Source: Patescibacteria group bacterium
GTDB taxonomy: Bacteria; Patescibacteriota; Microgenomatia; UBA1400; PJMF01
Reading direction: 5' to 3'
Length of the DNA stretch: 64,000 bases
NCBI GenBank assembly: GCA_019454415.1
Contig: JACFOI010000002.1
Location: 9,474 to 73,473 of the forward strand
The position numbers and the translations under genes were made by a program. The notes below the pieces were generated by a model that was not told the DNA's origin, ran no database searches, and saw nothing but the letters and a program-made list of their open reading frames with translations. Positions 48,591 to 58,226 of the stretch are shown here, piece after piece. Each line of letters opens with the position of its first letter. Position 1 is the first letter of the stretch.

Positions 48591-49157
48591 ATGCCAATGA
48601 TCAAAGGTGGCAACATTCGCAAGGGTTCGTACATTCTGTTTAAGAATCAACCCCAACTCGTCACAAAGACAGAGTTTGTCAGTCCTGGCAAAGGCTCTGC
48701 GTTCATGCGCGTCAAAATGAAGGGCGTCAAGAGTGGTGCGACGCAGGAGTTTACTTTTAAGTCTGTAGAGCCGGTCGAAGAGCTGGAGATGAACATTCGT
48801 GAGATGCAGTACCTGTATATGGACGGGGACGACGTGGTATTCATGGATCCCCGGACGTATGAACAAGTCTCCGTCAACCGAGCCGTTATGGAGGATAAAA
48901 TCGGCTATTTGATCCCTGAGTTGACCATGTATATCTTGTTTTACAACGACGAAGCGATTGGTGTTCGTTTTCCGATGAACGTTAAGCTGAAAGTGACCTA
49001 CGCCGAAGATGCTACTGCGGGAAATCGCGTCAATGCGCCGAAGAAGCCAGTAACAGTGGAAACGGGAATTGAAGTCCAAGCCCCGCTGTTTATCAAAACG
49101 GGTGACACGATCATCATTGATACAGAAACTGGCGAATACGTTTCTCGCGCCAACTAA
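48591..49157 (+). CDS. efp: Elongation factor P
   Basis: KGSYILFKNQPQLVTKTEFVSPGKGSAFMRVKMKG carries the conserved Lys in the PGKG loop. The OB-fold domains are canonical. The start is chosen 8 nt after AAGGAG. Confidence 0.9.
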   Translation: MPMIKGGNIRKGSYILFKNQPQLVTKTEFVSPGKGSAFMRVKMKGVKSGATQEFTFKSVEPVEELEMNIREMQYLYMDGDDVVFMDPRTYEQVSVNRAVMEDKIGYLIPELTMYILFYNDEAIGVRFPMNVKLKVTYAEDATAGNRVNAPKKPVTVETGIEVQAPLFIKTGDTIIIDTETGEYVSRAN

Positions 49158-49190
49158 ATCACTCTTTTTGTGTGTTGAAAATAGATTGAA

Positions 49191-49222
49191 AAAGCCGTTT
49201 GCCCAGAGCGGCTTTTATTTTG
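49191..49222 (+). terminator. Rho-independent terminator after efp
   Basis: AAAGCCG-TTTGCCCAGAG-CGGCTTT is followed by TATTTTG. Confidence 0.65.
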
Positions 49223-49299
49223 CCACTTTTACTCAAGACAAAAAGTGTTCAATATCTGATGGAAAACTGCCCGAGAAGTGAGAGAATTGAGTACAAAAA

Positions 49300-50007
49300 T
49301 CAGGGATTTTTGGTCGCATGAATGTAGACTAAACCCCGTACTTTGGTGGCAGAAATGGGCTTGCCGTCCTGCCAAAGTTCGACAGAAAAACCGGCATTCT
49401 CCAGAATTGTCAAAATCTGACGTAATGACTGGGTTTTGATCGGGTGAAACTCTATGATTATATTTTTGACCTTCCCCAGATAGGAACGTGCTTCTTTTAA
49501 GACATGTTGCTCGCTTCCTTCAATGTCCAACTTCAGGAGGTCGACTGACTGGTTGATGCGCTGTAGCAGGTCAGACAGCTGAATAGCCGGCACTTGTCTT
49601 GAGCTAGTTTGCTGCTGGTGATTCCAGGCACCTTCTTCTCGTCCGGCCGTGCTCCACCACTGGATAGGAGAGCGGTCGAGATGAATGATGGTCTGACTAC
49701 CGGAGTCGGTGAGTGCAGCGTTGATCAACTCTATATCCTGGAGTTGGTTCTCAAAGACGTTTTTCTGGAGGATTTTGTAGTTTTCTTCCAGCGGTTCAAT
49801 CGCGTAAATTAGGGCATCTGGATACATTTTTTTAAAATAGAGTGTTGCCAGCCCGATGTGTGCGCCAGCATCGATAATCACGGGTTTGCTGGTCGCCAAC
49901 TCCGTGTAGTAGACTCCATTGCCGAAGATCTCGCGCTTGATCGTATGGAACTCTCCAGACTGATGGAACCAGACAGTGAAAGGTGCAAGCTTGGTTGATT
50001 GCATCAA
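49300..50007 (-). CDS. FkbM-family SAM-dependent methyltransferase
   Basis: VIIDAGAHIGLATLYF is the SAM-binding motif I. LLKLDIEGSEQHVL is the FkbM signature. Confidence 0.75.
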   Translation of the reverse strand: MMQSTKLAPFTVWFHQSGEFHTIKREIFGNGVYYTELATSKPVIIDAGAHIGLATLYFKKMYPDALIYAIEPLEENYKILQKNVFENQLQDIELINAALTDSGSQTIIHLDRSPIQWWSTAGREEGAWNHQQQTSSRQVPAIQLSDLLQRINQSVDLLKLDIEGSEQHVLKEARSYLGKVKNIIIEFHPIKTQSLRQILTILENAGFSVELWQDGKPISATKVRGLVYIHATKNP

Positions 50008-50024
50008 CGTTGTCTCTCTATGCT

Positions 50025-50798
50025 CTATGAGCCAAAAAGCAGCTGCGTCACAAAATTAATCACGGGGCTGATTAAGACCACGATCGGTGAGACACCTTGG
50101 TACCAAGGGACAATCAGCGCCAGCATCAAAAAGAGGCCAAATCGTTCCATAAACTGTTCAAACTCTATAGCTAGGGTCCGGGGCAGTAGCGGTAAGACGA
50201 TTTTGCTACCATCCAGCGGGTAGACCGGCACCAGGTTGAAAATAGCCAAGACGACATTGATCACCGCCACTTGGACTAGGCCATACAGCACAAACTCCGG
50301 CAACGGTATCAGACGAACACCGACTGCAATCAAGCCAGCCAGCAAAAGGTTGGTTGCTGGACCGGCCAGCGAGACCAGGGCGCTGTCCCGAAGGGGATTA
50401 CGGAAGTTGAAGGGATCAATCTGCACAGGTTTACCCCAACCGAAACGAACGAGCAGGAGCGCGGCTGTCCCGAGCGGGTCAAGGTGGGCAAGAGGGTTAA
50501 GGGTAACCCGGCCCTGCATTCTCGGGGTAGGATCTCCTAAATGATCTGCGACCCAAGCATGGGCAAACTCATGGAAACTCAAAGAAAGAAGCAGTCCGCC
50601 AAAGGCAATCACGAACTCGATCGGACTAGTAAATAGAAGTGTTAGCACCTGCCCATTATACCAACCCAGGCTGAGGAGAGGCTGAGAAAGTCCTGGAGAT
50701 GAGCACTTGGAGGTCTGTGGTATTCTCATAGTATGAGTCACAACAGAGAAGGCTCCCCTGATGCACCGGAGACGGCTGCAGAGGGTCAGCTTACCCAA
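50025..50798 (-). CDS. M50-family (site-2-protease-like) zinc metalloprotease, membrane
   Basis: The HEFAH zinc motif sits in a TM helix. The downstream NLVPVYPLDG is the LDG motif. The protein is polytopic. The start may be an internal ATG (MRIPQTS). Confidence 0.7.
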   Translation of the reverse strand: MGKLTLCSRLRCIRGAFSVVTHTMRIPQTSKCSSPGLSQPLLSLGWYNGQVLTLLFTSPIEFVIAFGGLLLSLSFHEFAHAWVADHLGDPTPRMQGRVTLNPLAHLDPLGTAALLLVRFGWGKPVQIDPFNFRNPLRDSALVSLAGPATNLLLAGLIAVGVRLIPLPEFVLYGLVQVAVINVVLAIFNLVPVYPLDGSKIVLPLLPRTLAIEFEQFMERFGLFLMLALIVPWYQGVSPIVVLISPVINFVTQLLFGS

Positions 50799-51187
50799 AA
50801 ACCGTTAGGTTTTCTCGAGCAACTTGACCGGGAAGCGGCGGCGACTCGCAGCCCCATTGAGCTCGTGCCGGGAGACATTCTAGTCAGGCGGAAAAATACG
50901 GGTGATCGGCCGCGGTCGTCATCTGCTGATCCTCAGGCCACTCGGCTAGCCTCGGAGCCTCTGTCCGAAAAAACCATTCTTGATCAGGCTGCGGAAATTG
51001 GCGAGGGTGGTTGCGGCTGTAACTGCCCCCGGTGCAGGTCAGGCAGCGGCCACTGCTACAGTGATCCGCGCTGTAAGGTAAGGCCCCCTCGCCCGCGCTG
51101 AAACACTGGCCGGGTCGTCCGCCCGTACCAGAAGTTTGCCTCCCCGGCAGGATAATGGTAAAATACCCTCTCGAACTAAGGAGTCCC

Positions 51188-51400
51188 ATGCCATACAGCC
51201 TCAAGTACCCAACAGTCGCTCACATCGGTAAGCGTGTTTCCCATGCCAAAAACCGCACCAAGCACGCCTTCAAGTACAACCTTCATACCGTGACTGTGGT
51301 GATGAACGGCGCCAAGCAGCGTCTGCGGGTTCCCACTCGAGTACTGCGACAGCTCAAAAAAGCTGGTTTAACTACTCACTTCCACGCCGAAGAGAAATAA
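51188..51400 (+). CDS. rpmB: Ribosomal protein L28
   Basis: AHIGKRVSHAKNRTKHAFKYNLHTVTV...RLRVPTRVLRQLKKAG matches L28. AAGGAG lies 7 nt upstream of the chosen ATG. Confidence 0.8.
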   Translation: MPYSLKYPTVAHIGKRVSHAKNRTKHAFKYNLHTVTVVMNGAKQRLRVPTRVLRQLKKAGLTTHFHAEEK

Positions 51401-51410
51401 GTTTCTTCCG

Positions 51411-52379
51411 CTACTGGTTAGCGTACAGTGTTTTGACCTCGTTCCAGAGGGCAGGTTGTTGTCCCTCGATCTGGACCTGCTCTAAAGAGATCTTGTCTCC
51501 TAGCTTATGGACGCTCAGGACTTTCATCCGTTTCAGACCTTTAGTAGTCGGTAGATATGTCCATACCCCAGGCCAGGGGGAGAGCCCTTGCACGGCATTG
51601 GCGATAACTTCCGCCCATGAGTGGTGAGTATTTTGCTGTACCTCCACGAGCAGTTGGGAGGTTTGGTGATCTTGGACTTCGGGGTTGTGTGTCCCAGGAA
51701 GGCCGGCAGTGGCAGCCAGAGTTTCCCAGGAAATAAAGCCGTCATCTTTTTTGAAGCGTCTGGCAATCGGAGTGGGCGACTCAGCAGGTTGGGGGGTGGG
51801 AAGACGTGTACCAGCCGCCACTTCCTGCATGACTTGCGGCAGTGCTCGTGCAGCCAATTCAAAGCTGTGTTGGTAGTACTCAGTCTGGGTCCAGCTCGAG
51901 TCAACAGCAAACTCTTCTTGCCAGAGCAGCGGGCCGGTATCCAAGCCTTCACCCATAATCATGATCGTCACAGCCGAGGTTTTTTCGCCATACAGCATCA
52001 CAAACTGCCCTGGAGAGCTACCCCGCCAGCGAGGTAAAAGAGACGGGTGAATATTAAGTGGAGCGATCTGCGGCCAGGCGAGGAGCCATTGGGGCACAAG
52101 ATATCCAAAGTCGACGACCAACAGAAAGTCCGGTTGGGGCTCCAGCTGATCCTGGAGTTCAGGTCGCAGCTTGCCCTCCATAAACACGACTGGAAAATGA
52201 TGCTCTTCCGCCCACAGTTGCAGTGGATTTTTGGTCAGGATTTGCTTACGCCCAATCGGTTGAGGCGGGGGAGTCAACACCCAGAGAATCTCAAACTGGC
52301 CGCTGACACGGAGAGCTTCGGCACAGATTCTGGTGTGTTGCGTGGAGCCGGCCACGCCGACGGTGTAGATCGTGGACAT
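51411..52379 (-). CDS. fmt: Methionyl-tRNA formyltransferase
   Basis: LNIHPSLLPRWRGSSP is the formyltransferase motif. An N-terminal Rossmann-like domain and a C-terminal Fmt domain are present. It is co-oriented with def. Confidence 0.85.
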   Translation of the reverse strand: MSTIYTVGVAGSTQHTRICAEALRVSGQFEILWVLTPPPQPIGRKQILTKNPLQLWAEEHHFPVVFMEGKLRPELQDQLEPQPDFLLVVDFGYLVPQWLLAWPQIAPLNIHPSLLPRWRGSSPGQFVMLYGEKTSAVTIMIMGEGLDTGPLLWQEEFAVDSSWTQTEYYQHSFELAARALPQVMQEVAAGTRLPTPQPAESPTPIARRFKKDDGFISWETLAATAGLPGTHNPEVQDHQTSQLLVEVQQNTHHSWAEVIANAVQGLSPWPGVWTYLPTTKGLKRMKVLSVHKLGDKISLEQVQIEGQQPALWNEVKTLYANQ

Positions 52380-52409
52380 CTCAATTCTCCGTTTTGTTGA
52401 CTCATGCAC

Positions 52410-53006
52410 CTACTTGGCTAGGCTCTGATAGTAAAAAGCCTTCACCATCTCACTCGACATCTCATCCATCTTTTTGCCTTTTTCCTTGTACAAAGGAAGG
52501 TCAAGCTCAGCGCTGTAGTCAATGAACAAGCGTCCCTCTAGATGGTCATACTCATGCTGCATCACACGGGCGGCGTATCCTTCAAACCGCTCCTGACGGG
52601 TTTTCAACTCCGTCCCGACTAGTTCATCAAACTCCGCCACCACCCATTGATGTCGGGGAACCGGCCCATAGATCTCGGGGATTGAAAGACAGCCTTCCAG
52701 AATCGGCTCATCGGGATTATCGCCAAACGTCAGTTCTTGACTGACCTCTAAAAATGTCGGATTCAGAAAGTAACGGAGCACGGGCTCGCCATCGTTACGA
52801 TTTCCCGAAACTGGCAGCAGTGTCGTAAACACCCGCCAACTCTCGTCAACCTGAGGAGCGGCCAGGCCAACACCTTTTGGATTATCTTTTTTGGCTAGAG
52901 TGTCTCCGAGCTGTTCCAGAAATCCTAGAAACTTCTTATCAACAGTAGAAACAGGCTGGGCAACCTGTCGGAGAGTTTTGTGTGGGACAGTAATAATCTT
53001 CATCAT
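52410..53006 (-). CDS. def: Peptide deformylase
   Basis: GVGLAAPQV, EGCLSIP and HEYDHLEG are motifs 1 to 3 of peptide deformylase. Confidence 0.85.
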   Translation of the reverse strand: MMKIITVPHKTLRQVAQPVSTVDKKFLGFLEQLGDTLAKKDNPKGVGLAAPQVDESWRVFTTLLPVSGNRNDGEPVLRYFLNPTFLEVSQELTFGDNPDEPILEGCLSIPEIYGPVPRHQWVVAEFDELVGTELKTRQERFEGYAARVMQHEYDHLEGRLFIDYSAELDLPLYKEKGKKMDEMSSEMVKAFYYQSLAK

Positions 53007-53018
53007 CTTCTAACGCGG

Positions 53019-55322
53019 TTAACGCGGTGCTTTTTTGGCGCCCGCTGTGGCGATCTGGGCTTCAATGCTGGCAACGCCATCTTTGGCAATAATGTTTGCC
53101 GGCTGGATTTTATCAAGAATGTAGCGATATTGGTCGAGAGCTTTAGGAAGTTCCTGCTTTTCCAGATAGAGTTGCGCTAGAGACATCCGGGCCTCTTCGT
53201 AGTTGGGTTTCATTGCCACGGCTTGTTCAAAGTCTGCCTGAGCCTGCTGGGTTTCACCTTGAGCGAGGTTAATCAGACCTAAGTTATAGCGAACTTTGGG
53301 ATCGGTCGGCGCCAACTCACTCGCTTTCAGGAGGGTTTCTTCAGCTTTGGGCAGGAGCGTGGGATCCTGCGCTGCTAGTGCGGCCAGAATCCGAGTGCGT
53401 GTTTTGTAGAAGTTCAGATGATGCGGGTTACTGGCAAGCATCTCGTCGGCCTTTTCGACCGCTGCCTCACGGTAGAGAGCGGCTGCCGTGGCCTCGTTCA
53501 CCTCAGCAAATGCGATGCTCAGCATGCTGTATGTCTCGCCAAGCTCCTCCGCAAAAATGCCCTCACCACCACCAATGCGGTAGGCCTCTTCCAGTGCCTC
53601 AACACCATCAGCATACTGTTGAGATTGATTCAGCTGCTTGCCTCGGGCCAGGAGATAGTCAGCTCGCCAAGCTCGCCAGATTGTCAGTAAACCCAACACC
53701 ACAATCAGTCCCACCACCCCGGGCCACAGCCACTGAAGAGGATGCAGCTGGTCATCGTTCTCACTTGCTAAAGCCAGCTGCCGCTGGTTCTTCTTAGACA
53801 AACTGGCTGCGGTGACACGGGTTTTGGCCTCGGTTGAACTCTGTGACGCGAGAGCCGGTTGTTGCAGTAGCCAGCTCATCGCTGGAAGGAGGAACAGAAG
53901 TAGGCTGACTGTAACCGTGGAAAACCCAAAAAAGTTGGAAACGGAGAGTGCCACTACACCAGCGCTGACACTGATTAAAAATGCACTCAATTGAGTCGTA
54001 TTCTGTCTATTCCGGATTGCCATGTACGCTGGATAGCCCAAGAAAGATCCAAGCAGCACGCAGTACGTGATTAGACCGAAAAGACCGGTAGTGGCCAAAA
54101 AGTTGAGAAACTCATTGTGGGCTTTGTTATAGAGGAAGTCCCACTCAGAAATAGTGTTATGTTCCATGGGGCGGTCTTGGTAGTAGCTATAGGCAAAGGT
54201 TTCTACACCTGAACCGAAGAGAGGATAGCGTTTCCATACATCCAGCGCCCCTCGCCAGACGATCTTGCGGATTTCGCCAGAGTCAGTGCCGCCGACTTCC
54301 AGTCGATTTGCTACCGGTGTGGTTTCCGGAGGCGGCGTAGGCGTCTTTTGAATGAGACTCAGCAGTGAGGGAGTATAAGGTGTCCCAAAAATGATGGCCA
54401 ACAAGATAATCCCGGCTGCCACCACGCCCGTTGATCGGAACTGGGTGAACACATTCTTGACCTCGGTGCTCCAGTCTTTTTGATTCTTTTGAGCCAGGTC
54501 CTTCTTCATCCACATAAGTGCCAGTACTGCAAACCAAATCGTTCCCACGACCAATCCCAGTATCCCGGACCGAGATTTAGAAAATAAAAGATCAAGCATC
54601 AGTGCCCAGCTAGTAATGCTGTAGAGCCACCGTTCCTTGCCGGCGCGCAGAGCAGCGCAGATGGTAAAGACTGGCAGCAGCGTAATTGCAAATGCAGCCA
54701 GCCAGTTCGGTTGCCCGAACGTGGCAAAGACCCGATTCTGAACATCCTGAATCCAGCAGTCCGCGTTGTAGCTTAGCCAAAGTTGGCTAGGGCTGAGGAC
54801 TTCAGACAGCGGCAGGTTTTGAGAAAGGTGACTACTATTAATAAGGATGCAGCTGAATGAGTGGCCAAAATGTTCAGGGATGGCGACAAACGAGACAATC
54901 AAGCTGGTCACTGCCAAAGTTTTGAAGTAGTCCCAGATTCTTTTGGCAGAAATTTTTTGGACAAAAACAGCGAAAAGAACTGTGTAGGCGAAGGTAGAGA
55001 GCAGACCTCCATGGAAGCGAGTGTAGTAGCCGAAGATTGAGGTGGGAGGATGAATCGAAAAGATGGTCGAGACGAGCTGAGAGAGAATAAAAAAGGCGAT
55101 CGGCAGATCAAAAACCGTCTTCTTCCAAACAAACTGTCGATGCATGGCCATCTGGGCAAGCCAGAGCCCACCGATAATCAAGGCCATCGCATAGACGAAG
55201 AGCATCTTATTGAACTCAAAAAGCTCTTCATTAAACCAGGTGAATAGCAAGGGTGTCACAAAGAAGAGAACGTGGTAACACCACGAAATCGTATTCGAGA
55301 AGAACTGGTCTGCCTTTTTCAT
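53019..55322 (-). CDS. O-antigen-ligase-like (Wzy_C) polytopic membrane protein fused to C-terminal TPR repeats
   Basis: The N-terminal two-thirds has at least 10 TM helices with a Wzy_C-like loop. The C-terminus has TPR-like helical repeats (LAPTDPKVRYNLGLINLAQGETQQAQADFEQAVAMKPNYEEA...). Confidence 0.65.
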   Translation of the reverse strand: MKKADQFFSNTISWCYHVLFFVTPLLFTWFNEELFEFNKMLFVYAMALIIGGLWLAQMAMHRQFVWKKTVFDLPIAFFILSQLVSTIFSIHPPTSIFGYYTRFHGGLLSTFAYTVLFAVFVQKISAKRIWDYFKTLAVTSLIVSFVAIPEHFGHSFSCILINSSHLSQNLPLSEVLSPSQLWLSYNADCWIQDVQNRVFATFGQPNWLAAFAITLLPVFTICAALRAGKERWLYSITSWALMLDLLFSKSRSGILGLVVGTIWFAVLALMWMKKDLAQKNQKDWSTEVKNVFTQFRSTGVVAAGIILLAIIFGTPYTPSLLSLIQKTPTPPPETTPVANRLEVGGTDSGEIRKIVWRGALDVWKRYPLFGSGVETFAYSYYQDRPMEHNTISEWDFLYNKAHNEFLNFLATTGLFGLITYCVLLGSFLGYPAYMAIRNRQNTTQLSAFLISVSAGVVALSVSNFFGFSTVTVSLLLFLLPAMSWLLQQPALASQSSTEAKTRVTAASLSKKNQRQLALASENDDQLHPLQWLWPGVVGLIVVLGLLTIWRAWRADYLLARGKQLNQSQQYADGVEALEEAYRIGGGEGIFAEELGETYSMLSIAFAEVNEATAAALYREAAVEKADEMLASNPHHLNFYKTRTRILAALAAQDPTLLPKAEETLLKASELAPTDPKVRYNLGLINLAQGETQQAQADFEQAVAMKPNYEEARMSLAQLYLEKQELPKALDQYRYILDKIQPANIIAKDGVASIEAQIATAGAKKAPR

Positions 55323-55386
55323 TAACGCTAGTATAGCGTTTCATCTTCTGATATATATATGCATAGATTCATCAGGAGTTATTGCT

Positions 55387-55920
55387 ATGACTGATCAAAC
55401 TGCCCAACCCCAACCCACCGACATGAATGTCCCCTCAGTTGCCCCGGCTCCCGCAGCTGCAGACGAGGCTGCAGAGTCGACCAGCGAAGCACTCGAAGAT
55501 CAAAATATCTTTGATCTGCTTGGCATTAATAAAGCAACCGACCAGGAAAAGGAACTTTTTCTAGATGAGCTTCAACAAGTCATCTGGGAAGACTTTGTCG
55601 AGAATGACGTGGAGCTGCTGCTGACCGAGGATGAGCTGAAAGAGTTCAGAAAGATTTCCGAGAACGGTGAAGCCAAAGAAGACGAGCGACAAGGACAGAT
55701 GATCGAGTTCCTTGAAAAACTTATCCCGGATCTGGAAAAGATCATGCTCGAAAAAGCCTTGGAACTCAAGGAAGAGTTAACTCGAGAGAGAATTACAGAA
55801 TATCAAGACTTCTATAAAAATGACGCTGCTAAGCTAGAGACTGTAAATCAAGCACTGTCATTGGCAGACCAACAACAATGGCGGACCGCAGCTGAGAAAC
55901 TCAACTCTCTCCAGGCCTAA
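55387..55920 (+). CDS. Acidic hypothetical protein (177 aa)
   Basis: An ORF with a strongly acidic, helical composition, upstream of mreB. No motif was recognised. Confidence 0.4.
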   Translation: MTDQTAQPQPTDMNVPSVAPAPAAADEAAESTSEALEDQNIFDLLGINKATDQEKELFLDELQQVIWEDFVENDVELLLTEDELKEFRKISENGEAKEDERQGQMIEFLEKLIPDLEKIMLEKALELKEELTRERITEYQDFYKNDAAKLETVNQALSLADQQQWRTAAEKLNSLQA

Positions 55921-55941
55921 GCAGAACGGTATACTTGTCTC

Positions 55942-56955
55942 ATGAGTGATTCAGGAAAGTCTCCGCAGAGCGCGAGAGTACGTGCTCGTTTTCGACCATA
56001 TACTGGGCCACTTTGTTTTGACGTAGGTTCACATACTACCAAGCTCTTGACAGAGAATGGCCAGTTTCTGACGCTGCCCACTTGTTTTATTCGTCATATC
56101 AGCACAAAGGCTGTGATGGCAGTTGGTGAACGGGTGATTAAGATGCTCGGTAAGCTGCCGGAAGACGTGGAAGTTGTTTTCCCAGTCAGGGCGGGGCAAG
56201 TGGTCGACAGTGTGGGGTTTAGTCAGTTTGTGCAGGCGATTGCTCAGGAGTACGTTGCCAGTGATCTGTTGGCATTCCTGCGACCGGTCAAACTGAAGGC
56301 GGCATTGTTGTACTCCAGTCATGAGACCCAACGCGCCGTTTTTGGAAAAACTCTCCGACAGTTAAGCTGGCGTGTCCAACTCCAACCGATGTCAACTGCA
56401 CTCTGGGCGGCCGTTTCCGGTCAGCACCTTTTTACTACCCAAGGCTGTGTGATAGACATTGGTGGGATGACGACCAAGATCTATCTGTTTGCAGAGCAGC
56501 AGCTCAGTGTTTCGCAAGTGGTGGAGTTTGGCGGGGATGACTGGACGATGGATATTATCCAGACTCTTCGCAGAGAGTGTCATTTAGAGGTGGGCTGGTC
56601 CACGGCAGAAGAGCTCAAACGGACAGCGCTCCGCTTTACCGGTCGTCAGCAAAAACACACCGTTCAGGGCAAAGACGTGGTCAGTGGGTTGCCCACGGCC
56701 AAAGTGATTAATGATGAACTGTTTTTGACAGGATCCAGCCGACTGGTCGAGCGGGTGATTCAGTCTTTTGAAGAAGTCTGCCAGAATGCTCAGCCAGAGC
56801 TGGTAGCAAAAGTGCTGGAACGGGGAATCTATCTCACTGGCGGAGGAAGTCTGATTCCGGGTCTGGGAGCTGTTCTCCAAGAGACCTTGAAGTTGCCAGT
56901 ATCCGTAGCCATAAAACCATTGGAGGATATAGTTCGAGGTCTGGCGGTCAGTTGA
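55942..56955 (+). CDS. mreB: Rod-shape-determining actin homolog MreB
   Basis: CFDVGSHTTKL, VFPVRAGQVVD, IDIGGMTTKIYLF and GIYLTGGGSLIPGLGAVLQETLKLPVSV are MreB blocks. The gene heads an mreC-mreD-PBP2 operon. Confidence 0.8.
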   Translation: MSDSGKSPQSARVRARFRPYTGPLCFDVGSHTTKLLTENGQFLTLPTCFIRHISTKAVMAVGERVIKMLGKLPEDVEVVFPVRAGQVVDSVGFSQFVQAIAQEYVASDLLAFLRPVKLKAALLYSSHETQRAVFGKTLRQLSWRVQLQPMSTALWAAVSGQHLFTTQGCVIDIGGMTTKIYLFAEQQLSVSQVVEFGGDDWTMDIIQTLRRECHLEVGWSTAEELKRTALRFTGRQQKHTVQGKDVVSGLPTAKVINDELFLTGSSRLVERVIQSFEEVCQNAQPELVAKVLERGIYLTGGGSLIPGLGAVLQETLKLPVSVAIKPLEDIVRGLAVS

Positions 56956-56979
56956 AAGCACAATAGAGGCGGCGAAAAC

Positions 56980-57789
56980 ATGTCTGTACTACGCATGGGA
57001 CTTTCACAGAAGCGTCGCAACCAAGTAAACATATGGTTGGGGTCGGTGCTGACTGTTTTACTGTTGGCAGTATTGGAGTATGCGGGTCTGTTGACCAGCT
57101 TGCGGGGTGGGATTGAACAAGCCATTCAGCCGTTTCTTAAAGGGGGATCACAAGTGGTCCGAACAACCAGGCTACCACTAGAGTGGATCAGGGTGGCCAC
57201 TAGAAAGTATACCTATGTGTTGGATCTTGAACTCCGCTACGCAGAGAGCGCCGCACAACTGAGTGAACTAGACCGCCTCCGCAAAGAGAATGAGTCTCTA
57301 CGCCAACTTCTTGAGGGTGAACAGGCCAGTTTAAGCGCCCAGCTTCCGCAACGAAGGCTGGCATCTGTTCTTTCATATGCACAACCAACCATCTCTCTCG
57401 GGACCGCAGATAGCGTTCACGAGGGGGCATTAGTTTTTGTAGGAGGAACAGTGGTCGGTCGAGTGACACAAACTTCGATTCATGAATCACAGGTCAAGCT
57501 ATTGCCGGCATTCGGTCAAGCCGATGTGTTGCTAGTGCAAACGGAAGCGGGAGTTTCCGGTTTGCTGTTAGGTGAGAACGGCGAGATCATACTCAAAGAG
57601 ATTCCGATTGATGCGGCGATCCAGGTCGGACAGCGGGTAGAGACCAGCGGGCAAGTTGGAGTACTTCCACATCTCTATATTGGTCGCATCTCTGCTGTTC
57701 GTCGGGAAGAAGGCGCCCCGACCCAAACCGCAGTCATTGATCAAGGTATCTCTTTCTATCGAACCTCAATTGTGGAGGTGATGCCATGA
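56980..57789 (+). CDS. mreC: Rod-shape-determining protein MreC
   Basis: An N-terminal TM helix is followed by a coiled coil (LDRLRKENESLRQLLEGEQ) and beta-rich domains. The position after mreB is conserved. Confidence 0.7.
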   Translation: MSVLRMGLSQKRRNQVNIWLGSVLTVLLLAVLEYAGLLTSLRGGIEQAIQPFLKGGSQVVRTTRLPLEWIRVATRKYTYVLDLELRYAESAAQLSELDRLRKENESLRQLLEGEQASLSAQLPQRRLASVLSYAQPTISLGTADSVHEGALVFVGGTVVGRVTQTSIHESQVKLLPAFGQADVLLVQTEAGVSGLLLGENGEIILKEIPIDAAIQVGQRVETSGQVGVLPHLYIGRISAVRREEGAPTQTAVIDQGISFYRTSIVEVMP

Positions 57790-58226
57790 AGTTTCCCCGC
57801 GGCTCCGTCCTCGCCTTGGCTCTGCTCTTGCTCCTGACACTTTCTGTTGAACAGGCTTTTACCTTGCCTGTGTTGGTGACTCTGATCCTGCTGATTCAGC
57901 AGCCACTTTTGACAGAGACAGAAAGCGTTGTGCTGGCTGCGGTGATCGGTCTCTTTGTGGCAGTGGTCTACCATGTGCCGTTGGCGGTGGGAGTGGGTGC
58001 TTTTGTATTGGTGACGTTGATGAGTAGAACCGTTCTGGAGAAAGTTCACGTACAAGCCCGAGACGCAGCCCTGACGCTCGGATTGTGTGCCAGTTTGGTC
58101 TGGTTTATGAAGACACCGGTAACAATGTGGGGCGCTGCCGCCTTCTTAGCATATTTTCTGAGCGTGATCGTGGTACTGAGAGTCTGGGTTAGTCGACGAG
58201 CATTTCATGCAAAGTTTAGAATCTAA
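57786..58226 (+). CDS. mreD: Probable MreD (small polytopic membrane protein)
   Basis: A four- or five-TM small protein overlapping the mreC stop by 4 nt and the PBP2 start by 20 nt. The call is by position. Confidence 0.5.
   Translation: MKFPRGSVLALALLLLLTLSVEQAFTLPVLVTLILLIQQPLLTETESVVLAAVIGLFVAVVYHVPLAVGVGAFVLVTLMSRTVLEKVHVQARDAALTLGLCASLVWFMKTPVTMWGAAAFLAYFLSVIVVLRVWVSRRAFHAKFRI

Noticed and set aside
50733-51101. 122-aa Cys-rich ORF (…GCGCNCPRCRSGSGHCYSDPRC…) and an antisense 106-aa ORF
   Set aside because: Both fall in the GC-rich spacer and overlap the start of the M50 protease gene. Their composition-driven translations and the absence of a good RBS argue against coding. The region is reported instead as a candidate structured RNA.
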